Shown here: positions 1 through 9,534 of the stretch, piece by piece | Layout: the number at the start of each line of letters is the position of its first letter | Numbering within the stretch: position 1 is the first letter of the stretch | Assembly (NCBI GenBank): GCA_029856105.1 | Contig: JAHQWH010000012.1 | Coordinates: 1 to 62,800 of the forward strand | From: Promethearchaeia archaeon | Lineage (GTDB): Archaea > Asgardarchaeota > Lokiarchaeia > Sigyniarchaeales > SOKP01 | DNA: 62,800 nucleotides | Reading direction: 5' to 3' | Made by a program: the position numbers and the translations under genes | Notes under the pieces: generated by a model | Database searches by the model: none | What the model saw: the letters and a program-made list of their open reading frames with translations, nothing else | Told to the model about the DNA's origin: nothing

Positions 1-385
1 CCTCTTTAAACTTCCTTCTGGCTATCAGATCACCAGCGTCACATAGAGCTTTCAATAAAGGAAATGCTAAATTACGATGAAGAATTCGAGTATCATAATC
101 ATTATCAAACCAAGCTTGAAGATTAGAACAATGTCCCCAAAATTCTGTTTCAGGAGGGACTAACCTATGATTTCGCTCCATTTTACGACTTAATTTCACA
201 GCTGCTTCGTCAATTGATCGGATTTCGTCGTATTTTTCAACGCGATCAATGGAAATATCTAATAGTAAGTACATACATTGCCTAAAAGGGCGATTTTTAA
301 CATAAATGACTGTTCTTCCACCCTCGAACTTTATTGTTAAAAAATCGTTAATTTTAAAATCTTTAACTGTATTATGACCCAACAT
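1..385 (-). CDS. Lokiarchaeal-type expanded-family protein (EFWGHCSNLQAW / LHRNLAFPLL domain), runs off the window start
   Basis: Not in the ORF track. Manual translation from ATG at 385 gives MLGHNTVKDFKINDFLTIKFEGGRTVIYVKNRPFRQCMYLLL...EFWGHCSNLQAWFDNDYDTRILHRNLAFPLLKALCDAGD..., open to base 1. Confidence 0.8.
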   Translation of the reverse strand, partial: MLGHNTVKDFKINDFLTIKFEGGRTVIYVKNRPFRQCMYLLLDISIDRVEKYDEIRSIDEAAVKLSRKMERNHRLVPPETEFWGHCSNLQAWFDNDYDTRILHRNLAFPLLKALCDAGDLIARRKFKE

Positions 386-547
386 AATAATCTAGAGTTA
401 ATTATATGGAAATTGAACAGATGGATTTATCGTCTAACTGCAATAAAAAATCAGTTATAAAAAATCACTGTTTTTTTTTATTTTTAAATGATGACAGACC
501 GCAAAAAAATTAGATTATTATTAACATATTTGTTGCACTTGTGTTCT

Positions 548-1891
548 CTATCTCAAGGGAGTAGAACACTCTGGACATTTAACCCAACTTGGTTTTACAT
601 AATAATTACATTTTGGATTAGGACATTCAATTTCTTTTTCTTCTTCAAGAAATGCTATTTTGTATGCTACACTCAACTCGCTTGCTGCCTCAATATCTTT
701 TATCTTTAGTAATTTATTTTCTTGAAAATTTAAACCGCACCTAATACAAATATTAGATAAATCGTTTTTTAAAACAGTTTTTCCGCATTTAGAGCAAAAC
801 CCTTGAATCTGCTCTAAAATTTCATCCATATCTAAACTTTTAAATTCATAAATAGATACCAAGTTTAAGTCTTCGTATCTTTCAGACCCTTCAATAATGT
901 CAATTAGTGAATTTACACCTCTCTTAGACTTTCGCATTTTTTCAGATTGAAGAATCATATCCATTAGGAATGGTCTTGAAAAACCCATATCCAAAGCCGT
1001 TTTAATTAACATTTTCTCAATTAGCATTTCAAAAGGTTCTCTAATACCTCCTATTTCAGCATCTTCATCCGCTTCCCATATTAGATTCATCTTCACTAGA
1101 TTTTCGGCTATTTTTTCTGCCATTTTGTCAAGATCGTAGATTTTTCGATAACCATCTAAATTTATGTGTATTATTTCTTTGATTAACCTATCCTTTATTA
1201 AGCGCAATGTAGTAGTGCCAATTATATCATCAGCATGAAAGAAAAAAATATCATCTCCTCGAGTAAAAATGTAGTAACCCAAATTATTTGACATTATCTT
1301 ATCAACATAGAAATCAATTCTTAATCTCTTTACTTCGTAATGCTTACAAAATTCATTTATCTCAAATTTAAAATCCCTTGTAGAAACCGAATTCAAAAAG
1401 ATGTAAAACAGAGTCAAATAGAAATCCTTATCCTTCTCCAATATAAAAAAGTTTTCTCCAACTTTTGATGTCATTTTTAGGATTTGATATATTATCGAAT
1501 CTGCTACTCCAATTTCTTTATAAAAGTTAACTAAATCTGATAATTGTGAAATATAACTATTCAATTCATTAAAATAATATGTTTCCGACTTATCAATATG
1601 CTCCTCGTTTAACATTTCAATGCCTAATTCAGTTATAAAATAGCGCTGCTCTTGTCTATTGGTTATTTGATTTTTAAATAACTTCTTTTCAATAATATTT
1701 TTCTTTTCGTGATTTTTCAAATATTTTGAGACCGTAGACCTACTCAATCCAGCATATTCTATCAAATCTGTGAAACGTTGAGAACCTAAATTCTTTAGCA
1801 AATACAGGATTCTTAAATCGTATCGATTAATTTTTTTGACTTCTGATAGGACTTTAGCTTTGACTTCCTTAGGTAAAGAAATTATGGACAT
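548..1891 (-). CDS. Winged-helix (MarR/ArsR-like) protein with C-terminal zinc ribbons
   Basis: N-terminal 'RFTDLIEYAGLSRSTVSKYLK...YFITELG' wHTH; C-terminal CSKC/CIRC and CPNPKC/CPEC pairs. Confidence 0.75.
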   Translation of the reverse strand: MSIISLPKEVKAKVLSEVKKINRYDLRILYLLKNLGSQRFTDLIEYAGLSRSTVSKYLKNHEKKNIIEKKLFKNQITNRQEQRYFITELGIEMLNEEHIDKSETYYFNELNSYISQLSDLVNFYKEIGVADSIIYQILKMTSKVGENFFILEKDKDFYLTLFYIFLNSVSTRDFKFEINEFCKHYEVKRLRIDFYVDKIMSNNLGYYIFTRGDDIFFFHADDIIGTTTLRLIKDRLIKEIIHINLDGYRKIYDLDKMAEKIAENLVKMNLIWEADEDAEIGGIREPFEMLIEKMLIKTALDMGFSRPFLMDMILQSEKMRKSKRGVNSLIDIIEGSERYEDLNLVSIYEFKSLDMDEILEQIQGFCSKCGKTVLKNDLSNICIRCGLNFQENKLLKIKDIEAASELSVAYKIAFLEEEKEIECPNPKCNYYVKPSWVKCPECSTPLR

Positions 1892-2106
1892 AAATATAAA
1901 AAAGAAATTGAACTATTTATACTTTTACCTATACTTATACTTTAGTTTTGATATCTTAATACTTATTAAAATGTGGATTGAAATCGGTTTTTAACCCAAA
2001 TTACTTTCCAAATTAGCGTAAAATTTAAATATCTATTTTGTAATAATAAATTGGATTTTGAATTTTATAACATAATCCTAATAAAATAACTAAAATCAAA
2101 ATAAAA

Positions 2107-2295
2107 ATGTCAATAGAAAAACCAAATTTATTAGAACGAATTAAAGCAATCGAAAGAAGACTAGATCAAATAGAGCAACGAATTTCTTCTATTGAAAACA
2201 GATTTGGAAGGTTTCCACCGAGACCAAGCCCTTATCCCGGGTCGCGCCCACCACCACATCCTCCAGGTCCTCCTCCCGAACCTTTCAGGTTTTAA
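2107..2295 (+). CDS. Small coiled-coil protein with proline-rich tail
   Basis: Heptad pattern LLERIKAIERRLDQIEQRISSIE followed by PPRPSPYPGSRPPPHPPGPPPEP; GC-richer than flanking intergenic DNA. Confidence 0.7.
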   Translation: MSIEKPNLLERIKAIERRLDQIEQRISSIENRFGRFPPRPSPYPGSRPPPHPPGPPPEPFRF

Positions 2296-2450
2296 ACACA
2301 ATAGAAAATCTTATTGAAGCTTAAGAAGATTGCTCTTAGCGAAATGTTAAACTCCAGTTCAATAAAAAATACCATAGAATTTAACTACATTTTATCTATT
2401 ATATTTTTAAACATAAATTTTTAAAACTATAAATAAAAAAGTGATAATTT

Positions 2451-2705
2451 ATGGCTCAATATCGTTTCAGATTGACTGGTGTCCCACCAGACCAAGCTAT
2501 CAAATTGATTGAAGTGGATCCTAATCAATCTATTGCAGAAATTAAAAAAACGGTTCAACGCGAATATAAATTGAATCCAATCTTGGCTATCCAGTTTATA
2601 TTTAAAGGAAAAGTCCTTCCTGACCAGCTTAAGTTCGCTAAAATTGGTATCCATCCTAAAAAAGATGTTATTACCGTAATGGCTACACAAGCCGGTGGAT
2701 CGTAA
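2451..2705 (+). CDS. Ubiquitin-like protein (beta-grasp fold) ending in GG-S
   Basis: 84 aa; 'IEVDPNQSIAEIK' and 'QFIFKGKVL' parallel ubiquitin 'LEVEPSDTIENVK' and 'RLIFAGKQL'; ends QAGGS. Confidence 0.85.
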   Translation: MAQYRFRLTGVPPDQAIKLIEVDPNQSIAEIKKTVQREYKLNPILAIQFIFKGKVLPDQLKFAKIGIHPKKDVITVMATQAGGS

Positions 2706-2851
2706 AACTAATACTGTTTATTTAGATATTATTTTTCTTTCTTTTTTTATTTCATATTTATAAAAATCAGTTTTTACGAATAACTCTGAATTTTAAAATG
2801 GTGCGAACTATTACATTATATAATCTTTAGTAGAAAAATGCGATAAATATT

Positions 2852-4081
2852 ATGTCTGATAAAAGCAAAATTGCGATACAGAAAATACAATCTGAGAATG
2901 TTCAAAAAGCAGTTTATAAAGCTCTAGAACTAATAAATGCTGGAGAAATTATGAAAACGGACCAAGTTATATTATTAAAACCAAATATACTTGGGGCAAA
3001 ACCTCCCGAGCGAGCTGCTACGACTCATCCTGAAGTAGTAAAGGCAGTAATCCACTGGGTTAAGAAATACAATCCCAAGAAGATTTATCTTTGTGATTCT
3101 TCTGGGACTTCTAAACCAGGCGCCACTGAAGTTGCGATGAAAGAAAGCGGTTTAAAGGCATTATGCGATGAAGAAGGTGTAGAGTGCATACCATTTGAAA
3201 AAACTGAAAGGAAGATTTACACAGTTAATGATCCCCTAGAAATAAATGAGATTACTAGTTCAATCTTGCTCGAAGAAGCTGATATCATTATTAATTTGCC
3301 AAAAATTAAGACCCATGGGCAGTGTTTGCTTACTTGTTGCATCAAAAATATGTTTGGAACCATTTTATTGGGTAATAAAGCCAGAACACACGCTAAATCA
3401 GCTCTGATTGAGCGTTTTTCTGCTGCATTAGCAGACATATATTCGGTGTCTAAACCACATCTGACAGTAATAGATGGATATCTATGTCAAGAAGGTAAAG
3501 GTCCATCTGCGGGCGATGTTGTGAAATTAGATGTTATTGTTGCGGGATATGATCCTGTAGCTTTAGATACAGTAGTTTGTCAAATCACAGGAATGAACCC
3601 TAACGATGTAATTCATCTTAAAAAAGCTGAAGAGAAAAGATTAGGAACAATGAATATGGACAATATTGAAATCCTTGGTAATTCTATTCAAGATGTATAT
3701 AGGAAGTTTAATATACCTAAAATTAGACCTGTATCTGCCCCTTTACCTCGCTGGCTAGCAAATTATATTGGAAATCTTATTTTTAGAGCAACAGTTAAAT
3801 TCAATCCAAACAAATGTAAGTTATGTGCTACGTGTTGGGAAAATTGTCCTGTAGATGCTATTATTCCTCCAAATGAAATTAAGAAAGGTAATATTCCAAA
3901 ATGGAATAAGAAAAAATGTATAACTTGTTATTGCTGCGTGGAATTATGCCCCCATGAAGCTGTTAACTTTAAGATAAATTATGTTAAGAATGTGATTTTC
4001 TCTTGGACTGGTATTATAATTATAGCAATCATTACTATACTATCGTTCTTACTTTTTCTCTGGGTTTCTGGTATTCTTTAA
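2852..4081 (+). CDS. DUF362 domain protein with 2x[4Fe-4S] ferredoxin domain and C-terminal TM helix
   Basis: LLKPN, TTHPEV, INLPKIKTH, KNMFG, DPVALD motifs; two CxxCxxCxxxCP; hydrophobic C-terminus. Confidence 0.9.
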   Translation: MSDKSKIAIQKIQSENVQKAVYKALELINAGEIMKTDQVILLKPNILGAKPPERAATTHPEVVKAVIHWVKKYNPKKIYLCDSSGTSKPGATEVAMKESGLKALCDEEGVECIPFEKTERKIYTVNDPLEINEITSSILLEEADIIINLPKIKTHGQCLLTCCIKNMFGTILLGNKARTHAKSALIERFSAALADIYSVSKPHLTVIDGYLCQEGKGPSAGDVVKLDVIVAGYDPVALDTVVCQITGMNPNDVIHLKKAEEKRLGTMNMDNIEILGNSIQDVYRKFNIPKIRPVSAPLPRWLANYIGNLIFRATVKFNPNKCKLCATCWENCPVDAIIPPNEIKKGNIPKWNKKKCITCYCCVELCPHEAVNFKINYVKNVIFSWTGIIIIAIITILSFLLFLWVSGIL

Positions 4082-4173
4082 AAATCAAAATTTTAATTTA
4101 TTACTTGAAAATCTTTTAAAGCTTTAAGATTAATATATTATATCATTAAAAAAATGTTAAATAACGCAATAAA

Positions 4174-5565
4174 ATGAAGTTCACTATATTAAATGGGAGC
4201 CCTAAAGGCGCTGAGAGCGTCACCATGCAGTATCTCTTGTATATTAAGAAAAAACATCCGGAACACGAATATAATATAATAAACATCGCACAAATAATCA
4301 AAAAGATCGAAAATGACGAAAAGAGATTCGAAGACATTATACTTCAGGTAAAAGAATCAGATGGCGTAATATGGGGTTTTCCCTTATATGTGATGTTAGT
4401 TTGCTCCCAATATAAGCGGTTTATTGAATTGATTTTCGAAAGAAATGCTGAAACCATATTCGAAAATAAGTATACTTTTGTCTTATCGACTTCTATTCAT
4501 TTCTACGATCATACAGCCCAGAATTATATGCATAGCATTTGCGACGATTTAAAAATGAAGTATGTGGGTAATTATCCCGCTGACAGTTGGGATCTTCTTT
4601 ACCCAAAGCGACGAGCAAGATGGCTTTTATTCGTTGAGGAATTTATAAAACACATTGAAAATAAATATCCTACTTCAAAACACTACGCTCCTTTAAAAAC
4701 AAGAGATTTCAAATACACTCCCGGAAAACTTATAGAGAATACAGAGAAAATTGATACACAAGGTAAAAAAATTCTTGTTGTTAGTGATGAGACTAATGAA
4801 AACACAAATATAGGAAAAATGATAAAGAAATTTAAAGAGTCTTTTTCAAGCGAGATCGAAATCATAAACTTATATGACATCGATGTTAAAGGGGGATGTA
4901 TTTCGTGCTTACAATGTGGTTACGATCATAAATGCTCCTATATAGGAAAGGATGGCTTTATTGAATTTTGGGAAGATGTAGTAATGACTTCGGACATTCT
5001 TGTTTTTGCTGGTGTTATTAAAGATAGATATCTTTCATCCAGATGGAAGATGGTTCAAGATCGAGCTTTCTATATGACTCACACACCAACTCTAACAGGA
5101 AAACAGATGGGTTATATTATTTCTGGACCTTTAAATCAAATCCCCAATCTTTCTCAAACTTTCCAAGCTCACATAGAAATTCAAGACTCAAATTTTGTGG
5201 ATATTATTACTGATGAATTTGGGACATCGGAAGAGATAGATGCCTTACTCCACGATTTTGCTCGGAGATTAGTTACATTTTCTAAAACAAATTACATCAA
5301 GCCAATAACCTTTTTGGGAGAAGGAGGTAAAAAAATATTTCGAGATGATATCTATGGAAGAAATCGATTTGTATTTTTAGCAGATCACGAATACTACGAA
5401 AAACATGGCTTTTATGACACTTTCCCGCAAAATGACGAACGAGCAAAAAAAATGAATGAAAAATTGATTCCATTAATGAGAATAGATAAAGTTAGGAATA
5501 AAATCAACGTGAAACAAGAATTTCTTCGCCCATTCACGAAGGTAATTGAAGATCCAAATAAATAA
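4174..5565 (+). CDS. NADPH-dependent FMN reductase / iron-sulfur flavoprotein with two flavodoxin-like domains
   Basis: N-terminal ILNGSPKG; second domain with GCISCLQCGYDHKC. Confidence 0.8.
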   Translation: MKFTILNGSPKGAESVTMQYLLYIKKKHPEHEYNIINIAQIIKKIENDEKRFEDIILQVKESDGVIWGFPLYVMLVCSQYKRFIELIFERNAETIFENKYTFVLSTSIHFYDHTAQNYMHSICDDLKMKYVGNYPADSWDLLYPKRRARWLLFVEEFIKHIENKYPTSKHYAPLKTRDFKYTPGKLIENTEKIDTQGKKILVVSDETNENTNIGKMIKKFKESFSSEIEIINLYDIDVKGGCISCLQCGYDHKCSYIGKDGFIEFWEDVVMTSDILVFAGVIKDRYLSSRWKMVQDRAFYMTHTPTLTGKQMGYIISGPLNQIPNLSQTFQAHIEIQDSNFVDIITDEFGTSEEIDALLHDFARRLVTFSKTNYIKPITFLGEGGKKIFRDDIYGRNRFVFLADHEYYEKHGFYDTFPQNDERAKKMNEKLIPLMRIDKVRNKINVKQEFLRPFTKVIEDPNK

Positions 5566-5585
5566 AAAATATAGATTTAGAAGGT

Positions 5586-5768
5586 ATGATAATGGCTTGG
5601 GGTGGCTCGTTAAATAAGAAAGGCTCTGATCACTTGAGAGATTTAAGAGAAGCAGATAAAGTAATAAAGTTTCTCGAAAAACTTAAAGAAGATCTAAGTG
5701 ACAATGAAAAAAAGTTAATTTCAAACACCATTGAAATAATAGTAGATCGTTTTACTAAAAGCTCTTAG
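5586..5768 (+). CDS. Small hypothetical protein
   Basis: 60-aa ORF filling the gap between two genes; amphipathic helical composition. Confidence 0.6.
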   Translation: MIMAWGGSLNKKGSDHLRDLREADKVIKFLEKLKEDLSDNEKKLISNTIEIIVDRFTKSS

Positions 5769-5771
5769 CCT

Positions 5772-6347
5772 TTAAAATGTCTTAATCAATTTTTTTATTA
5801 TTTCTATTAATTTATCCGCTTCTTTTTCAATCGTTTTAGTTAATTGAGGTTCAAAAAAAGGCAAATCGATATTATTGCTTCGTTCTTCTAGAGATAATTC
5901 GTCTTGTTTATATAACTTTAGCTCCGTAAATCCTTCAAAACTTTTTGGAACAAAGCCAATCATAAAAACATTCAAATCGGGTAATTTCTCAACGATTAGA
6001 TCGATTACAATATGTACAGGAATAGTGTGAGTAGAAATTGGCACGTAGTCGCAAATATTCTCGCGCTCTAATATTGCAACGGTCCCTGGAGGTTTGTTTA
6101 ACGTACAAGTGTCTAAAAGAATCAAATGCGAAGGTTCAAAATTTATTACGTCATCGATTCTTGCCATTGGATCAATTCCAGCGTTTATGAATATAACTCT
6201 TTTATCCGAATAAGATAGAAGTTTGCTAATAATATAAGGACCAACGCCATCGTCTCTTAGTTTTTCTTCTCCAATCCCCATGAAAACTACTTTTTTAGCG
6301 CCATTTAGCCTATTTAATAGTGTCTCGTAAAAATCTAAACCTTCCAT
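5772..6347 (-). CDS. hycI: Hydrogenase maturation protease (HycI/HybD family)
   Basis: MGIGEEKLRDDGVGP, ILLD and STHTIP motifs. The likely start is ATG 6347 (track start 6389). Confidence 0.85.
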   Translation of the reverse strand: MEGLDFYETLLNRLNGAKKVVFMGIGEEKLRDDGVGPYIISKLLSYSDKRVIFINAGIDPMARIDDVINFEPSHLILLDTCTLNKPPGTVAILERENICDYVPISTHTIPVHIVIDLIVEKLPDLNVFMIGFVPKSFEGFTELKLYKQDELSLEERSNNIDLPFFEPQLTKTIEKEADKLIEIIKKLIKTF

Positions 6348-6488
6348 AATTAAGTTATAAATCGTTCTATAAAACATTAATTTTAGCATTTCTATTAGAA
6401 TTCTAATTTTAAAAAAAAAACTATATATGTTCTTGAAATGAAATTTATCTACATTTTAAAAAAAATTAAATAAAAAATTAGGAGATTT

Positions 6489-7856
6489 TTGTTGTCAAAT
6501 AGCGTAAAAGATAAAATAAGCTCTCGAAATTTATGGGGGTATGCAATTGGCGCAATACCATCGGGTTTACTAGCATATGTATTTAGTTTAAAATATGTAG
6601 AACTTTTTTACGACGATTTACAGTTACTTCCAGGTCTATTTATTCTCGGACAAATAATTTACATGACCATTAATGCCTTAAACGACCCGTTGTCTGGACA
6701 GCTTTCTGATCGAACGAACCGCAAAAAATGGGGTAGTCGTAGAATCATATATATTAAATACGGCGCACCAATATGGGCTCTAACATTTTTATTGGTTTGG
6801 TTTCCGTGGAGTTTCGATAATCAAATAATAATATTTTTCCATTATGTCATAAGCATTTGTTTGTTTGATACTATGCTTACGCTTGTTGTTCTTGTATGGA
6901 TGGCGTTATTACCTGAAATGACTTCGGACATTGACGAAAGAAATAAAGGGCACTTCTTATCTTTAGTTTTTGGGGCAATTTTTGTAGTTCCGTTTTTTCT
7001 GATATTAGGAGATATGCAACCTACATCTCAAAGTTTCCAATTCTTAATGATTGGAATAGCTATTATTTCTACACTTTTTCTTTGGTTGACGGCATACTTA
7101 TGCGAAGAAAAACCAGAATTTCAAAAAGATGAGATATTTCCTTTATGGAAGTCTATGAAAGAAACGTTTAAGTTAAAGTCGTTCTTAATTTTTATAGGAT
7201 TTAACTTTTGCGTCACGTTCTTGAGTTCAATAGGACTAAGTTATCTATTTATATGGAGCTTTATACTTGGAGATAATTCAACCATCATATATTTCGTAAT
7301 ATTTATCCTTGTGGGTTATGGTTCAAACATTCTTTGTATGAAATTTAGGCCAAAATGGGGCATGCGCAAAATTATATTGAGATTTGGGGCCTTAAAAGTC
7401 GTAGGTATGCTCATTTCGTTTGTATTATTAGTGATTGTTCAGAGTTCATCGTTAGCTATGATTGGACTAATTATATCAACCTTTTTTGGAGGTTATGGCG
7501 TATTTGTGGTCCCAACCATGTATTTATCTGCTGATGAGGATGAGATTAACAACGGAACACGTAGAGAAGGGATGCTTTTGGGCATGAACGCTCTTTTCAC
7601 AAAACCAGCAGCTAGTTTAGGCCCAATAGTTGCAACAATAGTGTTAGAACTATTTCTATATAATTCAGGATCGGATATACAATCAGCTTTCACATTGATT
7701 GGTATTGATATTTTATTCTTGCTTATACCTGCCATTGTCACTGCAATAAGTCTGATTTTCATGTATTTCTATCCTCTCCATGGTGAAAAACTTAAAGATA
7801 TGAGGGTAAAATTAGATCAAATCCACATAGAAAAAAAAGCAAAGATGAAAACTTAA
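6489..7856 (+). CDS. MFS transporter, glycoside-pentoside-hexuronide (MelB/GPH) family
   Basis: NALNDPLSGQLSDRT, ALLPEMT, GTRREG and YPL motifs; about 12 TM helices; TTG start. Confidence 0.9.
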   Translation: MLSNSVKDKISSRNLWGYAIGAIPSGLLAYVFSLKYVELFYDDLQLLPGLFILGQIIYMTINALNDPLSGQLSDRTNRKKWGSRRIIYIKYGAPIWALTFLLVWFPWSFDNQIIIFFHYVISICLFDTMLTLVVLVWMALLPEMTSDIDERNKGHFLSLVFGAIFVVPFFLILGDMQPTSQSFQFLMIGIAIISTLFLWLTAYLCEEKPEFQKDEIFPLWKSMKETFKLKSFLIFIGFNFCVTFLSSIGLSYLFIWSFILGDNSTIIYFVIFILVGYGSNILCMKFRPKWGMRKIILRFGALKVVGMLISFVLLVIVQSSSLAMIGLIISTFFGGYGVFVVPTMYLSADEDEINNGTRREGMLLGMNALFTKPAASLGPIVATIVLELFLYNSGSDIQSAFTLIGIDILFLLIPAIVTAISLIFMYFYPLHGEKLKDMRVKLDQIHIEKKAKMKT

Positions 7857-7909
7857 ATTAAATCATAAAATTTAGTTAATTTTTTTTTTTACTCTACTAT
7901 TTTTTTATT

Positions 7910-8791
7910 ATGTTATTAAAAGGTAAAAACGTAATAGTTACTGGATCGGGAAGAGGTATTGGAAAAGCAGTAGCTATAGCTTGCGCAAGAGAGGGTGCTA
8001 ATATTGGACTATTAGCGAGAACACTTGAGGAAATAAATAATACAAAGCAAGAAATCGAATCTTTAGGGTTTGGCGTTAAAATCATCGTTAAAACTGCGGA
8101 TGTCACAATATACGATGAAGTTGCTGATGCGTTTAAATTTTTTCACGATAATCTTGGGTTGTTAAATGGTGTTGTCGCCAACGCAGGCGCTTCTCGGATG
8201 GGTAATACTCACGAATTTGATAATGAAAGATTTGCGAACATATTAAATGTAAATGTCTTGGGCGTATTTCACACTTTTAAAGCCGCGTATCCTTATTTGA
8301 AAAAAGACGATAAAAATGAAAAAGCCAGATTTGTAATTACGGGGAGCGCTGCTTATCCAATGGGTATGCCTAAATTTACCGCTTACGTAGCCGCTAAATA
8401 TGCCGTTGTAGGAATCCAAAGCGTTTTAGTTGCTGAATACAAAAAAGAAAATATTAATTTTAACATGGTTTTGCCAACACAAGTAGACACACGAATGCTT
8501 AGGAGCAGAAAAGCTGGAGATGGAAACAAACCAGATTATGTTTTAAATCCTTGGGATCTCAACGATTATTACTTATTTCTATTAAGCGATTATGCTAATA
8601 GAGTGGATAATGCTCTAATTTATTCTAGCGATTTTACTGAAGTTAAAAAGTTTTTATCCAAAGCACCTTCCGGTAAAACTGAAAGTTGGGAAGTTTTTAA
8701 GACCTATTTGGAAGAAAACTCACCTAAAATATATGCTAACGTTAAAAAATTAGGAAAATTAGTTGATTTTATAATTAAATCATCAAAATAA
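7910..8791 (+). CDS. Short-chain dehydrogenase/reductase
   Basis: TGSGRGIG, ANAG and YVAAK (YxxxK) motifs. Confidence 0.92.
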   Translation: MLLKGKNVIVTGSGRGIGKAVAIACAREGANIGLLARTLEEINNTKQEIESLGFGVKIIVKTADVTIYDEVADAFKFFHDNLGLLNGVVANAGASRMGNTHEFDNERFANILNVNVLGVFHTFKAAYPYLKKDDKNEKARFVITGSAAYPMGMPKFTAYVAAKYAVVGIQSVLVAEYKKENINFNMVLPTQVDTRMLRSRKAGDGNKPDYVLNPWDLNDYYLFLLSDYANRVDNALIYSSDFTEVKKFLSKAPSGKTESWEVFKTYLEENSPKIYANVKKLGKLVDFIIKSSK

Positions 8792-8928
8792 TTTTACAAC
8801 AAAAAAAGTTTGGATATAAAACTCATTTAAATTGAGTCTATTCTTTTTTTTTACTTTCCTAATCTTGGAGTTCTATTCGTTTAAAGAATTAAATTCTTTA
8901 ATTATGAATTGCTATGACATAATAGAAC

Positions 8929-9534
8929 ATGAACGAAAAAACTAATGAAAAAGTTGAAAAAGTCCAATTTGAAGGAATTATTGAGAAGGATAAGGTTATA
9001 ATATCAGACAAGGAATGCATTGAAGAATTTTATAAAGGTTCTTATATTGGTACGCTCGTAAAAAAAGATGACGCTGAAGATATTTTAGTCTTAGAGCCTA
9101 TTGAAGTATTACTCTTGTGCGAAAGAAATCGGATTTTGTTGTATCTTGAAAATGATAAGGAAAATGCTCTATACGATTTTGAAGGTTTGTTGGAGTATTT
9201 TTCGCAATTTGACGATCGTCTGTGGCAAAAATATATTATTTATATGGATTTGCGAAAAAGGGGCTATATTGTTCGAACGGGATATGGAGAAGGCATTGAC
9301 TTTCGAGTGTATAAGCGAGGGGCTGACTTCGAAAAAGATTCCGCCAAGTTCTTGATTTACCCCGTATTTGAAGGGTATCCAATAGATTTGAAAGAATTGG
9401 ACAAAATGTCTCGCGTAGCAATGAGCTCTCGTAAAGACTTGATTGTTGCTACTGTTGATAGATTGAGTAAACCGATATATTACAGCGTGAATAAATTCGA
9501 GATTATTAATAAAATAGAAACTCTCGATGATTAA
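8929..9534 (+). CDS. endA: tRNA-intron endonuclease subunit, probably the structural subunit
   Basis: YMDLRKRGYIVRTG, DFRVY and RVAMSSRKDLIVATVD match the archaeal EndA fold; the catalytic His position reads Ser. Confidence 0.85.
   Translation: MNEKTNEKVEKVQFEGIIEKDKVIISDKECIEEFYKGSYIGTLVKKDDAEDILVLEPIEVLLLCERNRILLYLENDKENALYDFEGLLEYFSQFDDRLWQKYIIYMDLRKRGYIVRTGYGEGIDFRVYKRGADFEKDSAKFLIYPVFEGYPIDLKELDKMSRVAMSSRKDLIVATVDRLSKPIYYSVNKFEIINKIETLDD

Noticed and set aside
5772-6347. Hydrogenase operon
   Set aside because: Only the maturation protease is present; no NiFe hydrogenase subunit or hyp gene is in the window.
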